A stretch of DNA of 49,339 bases, counting the filler, from Dimargaris cristalligena (taxonomy: Eukaryota), in the NCBI GenBank assembly GCA_003614675.1. It is 2 parts of 2 records of this genome, joined end to end, with 100 filler letters (N's around TTAATTAATTAA, not from the genome) between each part and the next. Parts side by side here need not be neighbours in the genome. Positions count along the whole stretch, not along the records: positions 1 to 24,636 come from ML002582.1; positions 24,737 to 49,339 come from ML002583.1. One strand, given 5' to 3'. Position numbers and translations under genes: made by a program. Under the pieces are notes generated by a model that saw only the letters and a list, made by a program, of their open reading frames with translations, was not told where the DNA came from and made no database searches. Every line of letters starts with the position of its first letter. The first letter of the stretch is position 1. Positions 22,076 through 34,200 of this stretch are shown here, piece by piece.

Positions 22076-23212
22076 ATGGCCCCTCACGCTGAACCCACCA
22101 ATTCCTCCTCCCATCAGGCCGACAAGTCCTTCTCTACCCAGCTCCATGGCGAGAAGGTCATCGCCTCCTCCGAGGGTTTCGTCGATAAGCTGCGCTCCAA
22201 GGACAGCAGCCTCCATGCCGAGGCCGTAGACAGCTACTCGCAGTTCTGGGATAACCAGAAGGCCGGGGCCGATCTGAACAACGAGGACAGCCGTCTCAAG
22301 CTTTACACCAACCTCACCAACACCTACTACAACCTGGCCACCGATTTTTACGAATACGGTTGGGGCCAGTCCTTCCACTTCGCCCGCAAGTCCATCGGTG
22401 AGGACTTTGGGCGCAGCATCGCCCGTCACGAACACTTTCTGGCCAACCTGGCCGGTTTGCGCCCGGGCATGAAGGTCCTCGATGTCGGCTGCGGTGTCGG
22501 TGGTCCGGCCCGCGAAATGATCCGTCTGTCCGGCTGCCACGTCACCGGCCTCAACAACAACGACTACCAGATCGAGCGCGCCCGCGAGTACGCTGTCCGC
22601 TACCAACAGGAGGACCACTGCGAGTTCGTCAAGGGCGATTTCATGAAGATGCCCTTCCCCGACAACTCCTTCGACGCCGTCTACGCCATCGAGGCCACCT
22701 GCCACGCCCCCAAGCTGGAGGGCGTCTATTCCGAAATCTTCCGCGTCCTGAAGCCCGGTGGTACCTTTGCCCTCTACGAGTGGGTCACCACTGACCAGTA
22801 CGACGAATCCGACGCCCGTCAGCGCCAGATCATCCTCGATGTGGAAAAGGGCGACGGTATCCCCAAACTGTTCCCCGCCCGCACCTGTATCCAGGCCCTC
22901 CAGAACGTCCGATTCGACATTTTCTTCCACGAGGATCTGGCCAATACCCGCGTGGGTAACGAAGTGCCCTGGTTCGTCGAACTCGAAGGTGGTAGTATGT
23001 TCAGTTCCCTCCGGGGTTTCGCCCGGTCCTCCATCGGCCACACCGTCACCAATACCTTCATCAGCATCCTGGAAACCCTCGGTATCTCCCCCAAGGGCTC
23101 CCTCGAAGTCCAAAAGGTCCTACTGACGGCCTCTGATGGTTTGGTCGCTGGTGGTAAAATGGGTATCTTCACCCCCATGTACACCGTAGGCTGCCGTAAG
23201 CCCCTCGAGTAA
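22076..23212 (+). CDS. ERG6: Sterol 24-C-methyltransferase (SAM-dependent), 378 aa, intronless
   Basis: SMT motifs YYNLATDFYEYGWGQSFHFA, VLDVGCGVGGPAR (SAM motif I), GLNNNDYQ, YAIEATCHAP, LKPGG..ALYEW, GIFTPMY. Strong C-ending codon bias. Confidence 0.97.
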   Translation: MAPHAEPTNSSSHQADKSFSTQLHGEKVIASSEGFVDKLRSKDSSLHAEAVDSYSQFWDNQKAGADLNNEDSRLKLYTNLTNTYYNLATDFYEYGWGQSFHFARKSIGEDFGRSIARHEHFLANLAGLRPGMKVLDVGCGVGGPAREMIRLSGCHVTGLNNNDYQIERAREYAVRYQQEDHCEFVKGDFMKMPFPDNSFDAVYAIEATCHAPKLEGVYSEIFRVLKPGGTFALYEWVTTDQYDESDARQRQIILDVEKGDGIPKLFPARTCIQALQNVRFDIFFHEDLANTRVGNEVPWFVELEGGSMFSSLRGFARSSIGHTVTNTFISILETLGISPKGSLEVQKVLLTASDGLVAGGKMGIFTPMYTVGCRKPLE

Positions 23213-24636
23213 TGTCATATTTACCCTGGGCTCTATTTAAAGATGACACGGCGAATGCTTCTTCCTAATCGTAGACACGGCGGACTCCCCTAATCGAAAA
23301 TTGCAGCTATGGTCCTGGAATGGGGGAGGTGGCGCTGTATTTACGCATTGGCCCCGTTTTCCTGCTTTATAATTTATATAATTTATATTATACATATATA
23401 TACATACACACAATTTTCATTAGTAACCCTAATAAATCAATTTAATCAACTGAAATGTCAAACTCGATTGGGGGGGGGGATACACTCAGCCCACAGTCTG
23501 AAGCATGGCTTATATGATACAAGGGAGTTGGAGTACCTCTACCATTATGCAAAAATAAAAATAAAAACATATCCGAATTTAGATTTCTTCAACCCCATGA
23601 GACTGTTAACTCAATATCCGTTACTAATGGCAATTATTCAGCCACGGAATCCACTCCTCGCATTTAAAAAGGGTATTGCTTAATGGCCCAATTTCCAATG
23701 GATTAGTTGAAACTATAAATAATGAACCACCCAAACTAGTCGAATTATACCCCCACATGTGATCCATTCGACCCCAGTGGTTTAACAAAGCCCCCGTTTG
23801 TTAGAGTAAATGGTATGTGGATAACAGTTACTTTACCCCCATTGCATATTTTACCCTTTCATCATCGCAATCCACAAATGTTGGGGTTGAATATACCCAC
23901 CATCAACTTATTCCTGCATTAGCATGACTGAAATACAGGCCAGTTAAATGATGTGCCAATGGGGCTAAAACAACTGTATAAGCTACCTGTTTAAATAAAT
24001 TTGTATCATCCTCAACAAACTAACATGTTATCAATTTTAGAGTCCTTGTATACTGCCATCTTACATATAGCCCAGCTGCATTACCCATACCATACAGCTA
24101 AATGAAACCAGTAAACCTAGAGTAAATAATGTAGTGAGCCAATCAGTTTATTTACCAGGCATGCTGATGTGGATGCCTTATGCTGGTGGTTAAACACAAT
24201 GAGGCAGTTCTATGAACCACAATGTGACAGGAAAGGCACCACAAGTGATGATGTGGAATCAACTGGGGCAGAGTAAAATGTAAAGTATATAGATGGGGTG
24301 GGGGTTAAACATAGACAGAGGAGGGTTGGAGTAGAGGATATACCCACACAGTGCTGTATCGATCTTGATCATTTTTAGGTAGCCCTGGGCTGGGGAACAG
24401 CAGGGTTGGTGACAGTAGAAAGGCTGGGGCTGAGAGTAGCACTAGTGGTACTTATGCTAGTGGGGGTTGAAGGGTGGAGGTGGTTGCAGTGGCGGACTGG
24501 GAAGCAATCAAAGCTGAGGCCAAGGTTGAGGCCATGGGTTTCTTAGGCTGGGTTGAGCAGGTACCTGTTGTGGTAAGCTTACCACATTTTTTACCTACTT
24601 TTATTTTTAATCCATTTTTCGCACTTATCGGAAATA

Positions 24637-24736
24637 NNNNNNNNNNNNNNNNNNNNNNNNNNNNNNNNNNNNNNNNNNNNTTAATTAATTAANNNNNNNN
24701 NNNNNNNNNNNNNNNNNNNNNNNNNNNNNNNNNNNN
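24637..24736. other. Artificial assembly spacer / contig join
   Basis: 44 N + TTAATTAATTAA (stops in all six frames) + 44 N = exactly 100 bp; not biological sequence. Confidence 0.95.
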
Positions 24737-24894
24737 TTGAAAATAAACATCCCACCAATTTTCCCATACACATATCGGTTAAAACCTTATATAACCAAGC
24801 TAAACTTCACCCATATCCAGTTAAACCTAATATGTTACCCATGATCACGTGATGTATAAATGACTAATAAAACCCTAACAATATAACAATTTTC

Positions 24895-25012
24895 AGTTGT
24901 GGCCATATGTCAGAATATGCTCCGTATCCCGTTAGATCTGCGAAGATAAGCTCCGATCAGCCAATTTAGTACTGAGGTGGGTGACCACTTGGGAATAGTT
25001 GGTGCTACAACT
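24895..25012 (+). rRNA. 5S ribosomal RNA gene (dispersed copy, possibly variant or degenerating)
   Basis: 118 nt. Helix I AGTTGTGGC/GCTACAACT; conserved GGCCATA, CCCGT..GATC loop, TAAGC, TAGTAC..GGTGGGTGACCA..GGAAT (loop E/helix IV). Followed by oligo-T. No 18S/28S sequence in the window. Confidence 0.93.
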
Positions 25013-25016
25013 TTTT
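25012..25016 (+). terminator. RNA polymerase III oligo-T terminator of the 5S gene
   Basis: T-run immediately after the 5S 3' end, with further T-runs just downstream. Confidence 0.7.
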
Positions 25017-25954
25017 AATTTTGTTATACTTTTTTTACCCATTATTAGGAATTGAATAGTTAAGTAGCTATAAAATATCAGCTAATGAAGCATTTACTAC
25101 TCAGATGAAGTAGAGTTTTATTTAAAGTGAATCTAAGGCAGGCGACCTTTTGGTCATAATTGCTATCCACAGGGAACATGATAATGGTTTTTTTTTTCGC
25201 GTTAAATAGTTGTTTTATTAAAAATTCGCCCAATAATGGAATACTCTAGACTGGACCATATAAAATAAAAATAGCGGGCAAACATGTTCCTGGACAATCG
25301 TCAAAGACGTTCGAAACAAACTGCTAGAACGGAGGTATCAGAGGGAGTGGACAACGAATAAATTATAATACGAATGAAATAAACCAAAGCGATGCGCATT
25401 TACTACTCAAAATTACATTCATTACCACCGAAACATTTCTTTTAAGCAGTTATCTACTTAACAAATCGGCTGTAGCAGTGGTTAACTGTTCTAATATTAT
25501 ATCAGAGTCCATGTAGACGGGCCTCCTATGAATACAGTACCTAGTAACAATTATCGTAATACCCCTAGTACTGTCGTGGTACAGGCACTGTAACTTAATA
25601 TTGTATAGTTTAAGTAATGACTAGAGCATAAGGTTTTTTTTAGCCATAATCACACCGGTTTTATTATCAATTCCGAAATCCTACACTCCAAACAACTATC
25701 ATTGTTGCGTGGGTTCACCATTTTGATATTTATTAATGATCGCAATATCCCTATCACATGTTAGCCCCCCTCCAGAAACCACGCCCTGTGTTCTCTGCCT
25801 ACTGGAATTTCAGCTCACTTGTTATAATGTCTTCCATTAAGATAAATGTAAATCGGGCTCGATTGAGTATATAATTAAAGGACATTTTAGTCGTAAGCCA
25901 CCAGTACGGGGTGTGTGGTTCACAGGCATAATATTAACAGCAATCACTCATTTA

Positions 25955-28152
25955 CTACGCCGCATCGCCAAAGAATCGTTTACCATACTCGTAGCTGGAA
26001 ATCATAATGGCGCACGCCGGGGCCACCTTGATTAGACGGGCGGACAGACCGCGATATAGGCCGGGGATACCTTCCTGGTCCACGATCCGCCGCATTAGCC
26101 GAATTGTACTTTCGCTTTGGCTCGCCCGGGGTTCGGAGCGATGGGCTGATGTCCTTAATGATGAAGACGACGACGACGACAACAAAGATGGCAATGCATG
26201 AGTTACTTTGGGGGTGAAAAACGACGTGGGAACGGGTCGCCGCGCCATATCGACCTGCCGACGGGTTTTAGCAACATCGAAGGGAATGGTCAACGTCGCC
26301 GCCAGCATGCCTGAGAGAGCCCCCGAGATAAAGGAGATGCGGAAATTTTCAGATGAGGAGAGATCCGTGGCGTGCAGCGCTGATGTGGTTCCTGCTCCCG
26401 TTCCCGTTCCCCGGCCTCCATGATGGGGGCGCGATCGCCGGGAATTTTCAATGAGGCGGCCCTTGAGAACCTCGTAGGAGGTCCAGTAAATCGAGGAGAA
26501 GGGAATATCCCGCCATAGGGTGGGGGAAAGGCCCCGCCAGAGGGATGAAAACCCCATCGTTTTGGCCATATCGACGAGTCCGCGAAGAACGACGGGTAAG
26601 CTATGCGAAGCGGATGATTGCATCCGGGTACGGACTAGCTCGAGGGGCGATATGAGTGTCGCGGAGACGGCTATAGACAGTATGTAATAGAAGGTGGTCG
26701 TCAGAATCAGTGGAGGGGGGAGTGGAAATATTGATTAATATCGGGGCATTTTATAATATACAAAAGGGATTCCATTCGACTAGCCACTAGGAATGTAATG
26801 CCCGAAAGGAATGGTGTAGGAGAATCGTCCCCTAAGGGGCCGCCCCACTGACTACCTCACCCCATGCAGCCCTTTTAGCTACTAGAGAGTGAGATCTTCT
26901 ATCATTTTGAACTTTTACTTACCTCGAGCAATACCTCCCGCTACAAAAGGAGTATAGAAGTCCAACTCAGGGGAATTCCGGAGCCGCTTGCCCATGTAGC
27001 CTCGCAGATGATCATACCCGACGAAATAAACCACAGTCGTCGGTACGGACATGAGGAGGGTCGGGGACAGGCCCCGCCAAAGGCTGGTGAACCCTTCATG
27101 CCGGAAGATTTTGACAAACCCGTCCCAGGTTCCCGTAATATGCCGACTGGAGTAATTGGCCGCCGCCCGGGTCGAGGGTTCAATAATAGTAGTGTTGCTG
27201 TGGCCACTACTGGGGGCCCAGGTAGTGGGGCCATGTCCGGCCTGGGCGGGATATTCGAGTGACGAGGGATAAAAGCAGAACGGGTATTGGCGCTGCTGGT
27301 AGACAAGGGTGGCTGTTCGCCGACCGGGTGGCGTACAGAAACATAATTCTATGGTAGATGAGCTGGCGCCGGAAACCGACGGGCTGCTGTGACTGGCCGT
27401 GGTCAGGAGGGTAGAGGGGGAGAATCGGGAGAGGGGATGGTGTTTGCTATAGCTTGCGGGGGAATAGCCCGAGTGGTAATCGCCGGAACTATTCGATGGG
27501 TAGGCGGTCTGTGACTGGAGTCGCGTTTTAACCAAATCCAAGGGGGTTGCTGTTGAGTTTATTAACCGATGGGGAAAATACGGAATCGATTTAGTGGGTA
27601 TTTCGGGAAAATGTCATTGGGTAGGTATTAATGAATAGAATAGATTGTTTAGGTTAAATTAACATAAATAAAAATGGGTGAACTTAGAATATATATATTG
27701 CCTTACTTGGCATTTTATTTACTATCAACGAGACATATCCTACTGGGTAAAACTCGGACCCAAATACTTACTTAAAATTGACGTCAATATAGCCCCGGCA
27801 CAGGCGGATATGATTTTATGGGCGGGGGAAATTTCACTGGGTTCTTCGAGAAGTTCATTAGGTAAGAGTACCTCGGAGTCAAGTGAGGTATACGTCTAAA
27901 ATGTACAATTGGACAAAAATATTATGCAAATATACGTTCCAATCCGTCAGCACTCTGTAATTAAAAGGCTATATAGCAGAGCCTGGAACTCGCTGGTTAT
28001 GCCTTAACCAATTGACAAATATACGAGAGGTGGGGCGGGCACATAGAGGTGTCCTCATGTAGTACACTCGGGTCATTGTAGATCATGGAGAGCGGACGTG
28101 CCAGACTATGGAGGAACATTAGTGGGTTCGGACAATGCGGGGTACTTACCAT
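25955..28152 (-). CDS. MTM1: Mitochondrial carrier of the Mtm1/SLC25A39/SLC25A40 subfamily, 4 exons, 489 aa
   Basis: Exons 28152-28150 (ATG only, then GTAAGT), 27895-27772, 27549-26923, 26670-25955 (1470 nt, phases consistent). Three PX[DE]XX[KR]X[KR] motifs (PLDLVKTR, PLELVRTR, PFDVAKTR). Subfamily-type motifs SACAGAILTS, LWRGLSPTLLMSVP, TLWRDIPFSSIYW, KVAPACAIMISSYE. Confidence 0.9.
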
Positions 28153-29434
28153 GGTGACAGGGCGGAGGGGTAAGACCCGAATACCGTTGGTTTCAAGGCA
28201 CCTTTCCTTCGGGGGATTTGATTACGTGGGGGCCGCTGCCCGTAGTTTGGGGAAGGGCAATGCGCCGGGGTTGGACCGGGAACAGTAAATTGAAATGCCG
28301 TGTACGATTCTAATCAATCAGGGAATAATAAACTCGGCTGCCGACTGACTACAATGTGACGGCAGAGAGGTGGTGGGGGCGCTGTCTTGAATCCGGACAG
28401 GTGCCAATGAGCAAAGAAAAAAATACCTACTAGAAATAAGGTATTTGGATAAAGGGTAAGGACATGTCAGAAAATCAGAAGATGGTTTTTACTCTGTTGA
28501 AACTGGCAGTCGGTATGCCGTAAAGTAAATAAAAGTAGTTGGTTGTCAAGGGAAGTTCGTCGAATCTATCGGGTAAAAAAGTACTACAACAAAGCCAAAA
28601 GAAGAGATAAAGGGGCTCCCCAGGTCAGCGGCGGTGGATTGGGGCAGGACACCCTTGTGTAAGCTTGTCAGGGGCTCTCTGCTGGCTAAGTAAAATGCTA
28701 GTAATATACTATATACCAAAAAGAAATGTAGGCAACTGACTAGCAGAATAAAAGAGTCTTCAGGGAAGGAGAGGAAAATGGAGTGATTATTAATCAATAA
28801 ACCTAAAGCCAATTGATAAAACCACCTTTCTCATTAAAGTTCTGTGACCAGCTTCATTCAACCAGTAGTAAAACGAATAGTATAGAGTGGTGTGGTATAT
28901 AAAGGACGGGAAGGATTAGAGAAGGTCTGTCTGGCAATTTTACTAAGTCACATAATATACACCATACCCCTTTCCTCTACAGCACTGCGCCACTGGCGGC
29001 ATTTTCCTTGCAACCAGTCCTATACACATATTCCGCCGAACCCTTCCAGCGGGTAACTACAGCATTGGCTTAACCTGCACTTCCCCCTGGCCGCGCTACC
29101 CCATCCGCCGAAAGTGATTCGTCATCCCTTAGGCGCCTATCATCAGACTGGCGACTAGAATCACCCGCCCCTTGCTGTCGTACCCAACCATGACACATTA
29201 GATTACTTTTAACCCACTGCTACTCTACATCAGATATACCGAAAACCAATGAAGCCAATACATCATCATTCAACTTATTGACCAGCCGCCGGTTTAGCAG
29301 GGCCGTGAACGTATGTATTCACTTTGGACTGCTCCAATATTCGACAATCAGATAGATAAGCGATCCGGGCCGCTCTAATGTGATGAAGTAAACATTTACC
29401 AGGAATACTTAACGTGGCAGAATGCCATCTTTAT

Positions 29435-31215
29435 TTAGCGGAAATAAGGCTTAATATTAGGCCAATTTTTAAGGTCCTCTAGGGGCCATTTGGGCATCAC
29501 CCCAATATCATACGAATCGACCATATTTGCCCGTAGCCGTTCATAGCCGGCCCAGGCAACCATGACGCCGTTATCCGTGCATAACCGAGGTGGAGGACAA
29601 AACAACGGAATGCCACCACCGCCTTTCTCTGCCGCCGCCCAGTCCTGCAGTTGGCCCCGAATATACGTGTTACTAGCTACACCGCCGCTGCATACCAAGG
29701 CCCGCGGTTGCGCCATCCCCAGTTCCGTTTGGCAGTACCGGAGCCCCAACTTTACTTTCTGAAGCAAATGCCGAGTAGCAGTGTACTGAAAGGCCGCGGC
29801 CATATCGAACACGAACTGGCTAGGGAGGGGGAAAGGCGAAGACGATGAAGTATCAGATGGATCGACGGGCGAGCTAGAGCCGGCGGTATCGTCCAATGCC
29901 TCCGTGCGCTGCGCAAAGGCATTGGCCAGCGGGTCCGATACCGGCTGGGGTTTGCTGGGATGCCGAAGTCCGTGGCTTGACCCATAATGGGACGCCAATT
30001 CCGCTTCGATGCGGCGGAACACGTCCGCCTTCAGACCCGAGAAACTAAAGTCCAGGGACGCTACCTGGTGGTTCACCGACATGGGTACCCGAAGCGGGAT
30101 TTTGAGTGACGGCCGACTCCGCGGGGATTCCTCCGAGATGGCTACGGGCGACTCGTATAGTTCCCCGCGTTGGGCCGCCTGTTCGAGGGCCGCTCCGGCC
30201 CCCCCACCGGGTCCGGATTTCCAGGGTAATTGTAGGGCCCGGGCGACCTTATCGAAGGCGTCGCCGATGCTATCGTCGCGAGTTGTGCCTAGCTGGGTGT
30301 ATTGGCCCACGCCATGGACGGCTAGCAGTAACGTGTGTCCCCCGCTAATCAGCAGACTGAGAAAGGGAAATTCGATCTGATCCGGGAAACAGAGTCGGGC
30401 AGTCAGCGCATGGGCTTCCTGGTGGATAAGGTGAAATACAATGACGCACGAGTAAAAGATTCGGTATGACATAAATGATGCGTTAGGCCAGGGGGGGGAT
30501 CAGACTAAGGAGTCAAAAATATGAGAGGATTCGAATATAAAGACTATGGTTCGCAGGAATGACCGCAAATTGGGCGGCGTGACTGAACTTACCATGTGAT
30601 GGGCCCCGATTAACGGTTTGCTGTATAGAGGAGCGATAATTGAATTAGACATTAAAAAGCAAAACCATGAGTGCCAATTGGATGGGGGCATTCGGGGCAA
30701 TGACTTGAATATTTCGATTACAGTGAATTTGATGGTATTACTATCAATACCTACTTATGAACGGCGGCGAGGGTCTTGGCGGCATTGAAACCGACACTAA
30801 GGCAGGCTGAAATGCCCGGACCGCGGGTCACCGCCACGGCATCAATATCCGCCATCGTGAGTCCACTCTGATCCAGGGCCTCTTTGACTACATATGGCAT
30901 ATTTTCCACGTGTTTCGCCACGGCCAAGACGGGCACGATACCGCCCTTGGGCTCATGGGATGCGGCCTGCCCCCGGGCCACTTCACTAAGGATCCGCCCG
31001 TGACTATCGATGATGGCCGCAGCCGTGTCGTCACACGACGTTTCGATGCCCAGTACAACGGTCGGGGCGCCGGCAGATTTAGGGGGCTGCTGTGTAGTAA
31101 GGGGTCGGGAAAAACCGGAAACGGGGACATGGGTTGATTTAGTCGTGGGTCGGGCTGTACCGAAGCGCAGCGTGCCCCAACGGGGCAGAGCCGCTAGGCG
31201 GTTGAGGGAATGCAT
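29435..31215 (-). CDS. QRI7: Mitochondrial tRNA N6-adenosine threonylcarbamoyltransferase (Qri7/OSGEPL1/TsaD family), 3 exons, 490 aa
   Basis: Exons 31215-30755, 30620-30593, 30418-29435 (1473 nt). Arg-rich, acid-free N-terminal presequence. Motifs VLGIETSCDDT, AVAVTRGPG, HHM|EAH (metal-binding, split by an intron), LLISGGHT, GDAFDKVAR, FSFSGLK, SGGVASN, CTDNGVMVAW. Confidence 0.93.
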
Positions 31216-34200
31216 GCGCAAATGAGCTGAGGCGACGGTGGTGCCGTGGTGAAAATTTTGGTAGGTAGGGCGGATTAGGAATAAGAAAATGGAATGGCTT
31301 ATTCGAGCAGGACGCTATACGAAGGGGTAAATCTGGAACTCTCGGGTGACTATTCCAGGAATTGAGTGGCTTCAATGCGATTGACTTCCGGAATTGGAAT
31401 TTCTTTGGGGGCCCTTCTGAGAGAAGGACATGCACCCTCATGCCCAACTAAAAGAAAAAGGTTCGATCCGAGCCTCCCATAATCTAGAATAGGTCAGGTG
31501 ACTAGGAAAGTATGTTTAAGGAGGAGTGGGAGGTAGTTTATAGTTGAAATTATAAGCAAACCATACCTCTTTTACCTGCCAACCCCGTTCAATGGAGTTA
31601 TTATCCTTTACAATACATGCCTTCCTGATCCTCGCCAAACTATGACTGAGTCTGAGTCAGGGTCTTTTGACATTATCGATCGACGAGGGTGAGGTGGCCT
31701 AAAGGTTGGTTGTCTTTAATTGGAAGCGGCGCGTCCCCGATAGTGCTGCAACGGGGTCCAATTGGAACCGCGGAGAGGACACCGTGTTCCGGTGATGGTT
31801 ACGGCTGTCTATAAGGCGCGAAATGGGAGCCCTATTGAACATAAAACAATGCCAAGTATGTGGGAACTAGCCGTGGTACTATTGACCTGTCAAGTGATCA
31901 TATGGAAAGGTGGTCAGTAATCTATGTTTTACTCATACACAGTGAAGTGTGAGAAACATGCCTGGACTACTAGGTCAGCCAGTATAGCCTAGTTACTCCC
32001 TGCTCTAGCCAAAACCGGCCCGCCGACTGAATGAAAGTGCCCTGTAGCTCGCTGTCAACCTTGTCAATACAAGAAACCCATCTATACAAATACGCGACGT
32101 GCTACCAATAGAGCAATAGGGCCAGGTAAGGCAAAGTGTGTGTGCACACTTCATTTTCCAAATCACCACTAACTTAACTTCTCTCTGCTGTAAACAAACC
32201 TTGGCAATCGCTCAGATTATTACAAGGTAAGTAAAATAAATAATTAAACGACGCCAGGCATATCTCTCATACTCAAAGGCATTGTGTTGTTTAGGAGGGG
32301 ATTGACCCACGTTTACCCCAATTGGGCTACAGCTACCCACCCCTCTCCTCCCCTCTGACCATCCATCCATCTGCTTATTCGGACGATTTTGGATATCCGG
32401 CCATGATCCTGAAAAAAGGTCTTCCATACTGACCTTTTCGGGGGGATTGGAAGGATATTTTATGCAGAACAATTGAAACTATTTGGCTCACCTGACTGTT
32501 GGCGGGGCCATTTTCCACTGCTGATGGATACCCACACTCGCCAGGCATAAAATCCCTTAAACTATTGTTTGGGTGCACCTTGAGGTTTCCGAAAAGCCAT
32601 GCATAACCGACTGAGATGGCGAAGATCAAACCGGACGCTGCGTGAAGATAAGGGAAGGGAAGGGTAGGATAGTTATGGTTCGCCTTTATTCCTAGCGGGT
32701 AGGGAAAACAGGGGGGTAAAATACTTGGTACACGGCTACGCGCATTTTTTTCGCAAACAAACCTGACTTGCTTTGTCATATCGCGAAGGTCCAAACTAGT
32801 GTATACTGCTTGATGAATTCAGAGTAGGGTTTGATTACTCCAAGTTCGAATGCTTATAGAGGGTTGGGGAATGGAAAAACCACACTTATCCATTACTTAA
32901 TTTAATATATTGAGCCCCACAGTCCTACCTCCCTCCCCAAGGCGGACAGGCAAAGGTGCGGCACCGGCTGGGGCAATCATCCAGGGATAGGCGCAAGCCC
33001 CCTCTACCGGTTGTAAAGATCAACGCTGCGCGTAATTACACAATTCTGGTTGCATTGGGATAAACCGTGAATCTGGGTGCAGGCCTTCCTTATCCTTAAC
33101 CCTTTCCTTTTTTTTCATATGCAAGTCTAGAGCACACGGTATACGGAGTCGCAACTGAAGGATTGTGAAAATAAACGAGTATTAGCGGCATATCAAAATA
33201 GGCGCGGCCTCTCTGTGCCGTGTGCTCCCATTACAACCTATTCTTGAACGCGTTGGAGGGGCAGAGGGGGAGTTCGAAAAAAAAGTTGAAAAGTCAATAT
33301 GGCACAAGTACTGGCGGATATAATTCGACTGCTCGGCTTTTTCTCTCCCCACAGTCATTAGCAAAAAATGTACATGGTAACGGTGTACGAAATATAATAC
33401 TGTAGAGGAATTTGCGTTACTTAATCGTATTTTGAAGTGAAAAAAATCCACCCGGACAATAAACATTGGTGGACGCAGCCGAGAAATGACTGGCATTGTA
33501 CGGTGGTTGTGCATGTACCCCCCGTCAAGCTAAACTGAAGCGAATGCAGTCCACTGGCTTAGGGGGTTACACGGTTGATATTAGTACCAGGTCCCCATAA
33601 CGGATCGAGTATAGGGCAATAGGCCGGATTGAACATTCATCGGATAATAGATACTACCTCATATTTTTTTGGCCCAATACACCATTCCTCTATTCATAGA
33701 AGAAGAAAATGATTATAGGGGAATATGCCCCGATTTACATGCCGTCATTTTAATCGCAAGGCCCCTTCCGTACACATGTAGACCCAATGGCCCAAATAGG
33801 TGAAATGAATCCCGTATTACCTCGAAGGGGCCAATCGTTAATCGCTTGACCTTAATTACTGGTATACCCTCCGATAACTCGATGGCAGTGGGATATATCC
33901 ATGGTCCCTGGCGGCCGAAACGACCTCATGACAAAGTCATACCATCTTTAGAAACCATTTATATTAAGCAGGGTGGTAATGGGCAACAATAGGTTTTATT
34001 ATCGACCGAAGCTGGGGCAATATCCACTGATTGGTGAAAAAATGGGCAAAGCCACCTGATATGATGGGCTTTTGTTTTACCGGATATATATATTATATTA
34101 TGTGCGTTTTAGATGCTGCATTCTATTCGTGAGCAAAGATAAGAAAACTGCACGGTCATTGACTCGTGGGGCGAATAACCTGACATTGCTAACAATTGCG

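Noticed and set aside
22010-23113. 367-aa antisense ORF over ERG6
   Set aside because: Shadow frame explained by ERG6's strong codon bias; no motifs and no independent gene signals.
17723-23212. Functional cluster idea: sulfate uptake feeding SAM for sterol methylation (SulP-ERG6 divergent pair)
   Set aside because: Only adjacency supports it; the SLC26 substrate and location are unknown and conserved linkage cannot be tested here.
24681-24692. TTAATTAATTAA palindrome and ORF 24474-24692 running into it
   Set aside because: Synthetic six-frame-stop linker in a symmetric N spacer. It also means synteny across this point cannot be interpreted.
25955-31215. MTM1-QRI7 as a mitochondrial gene cluster
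   Set aside because: Two adjacent mitochondrial-protein genes are expected by chance; no shared motif seen.
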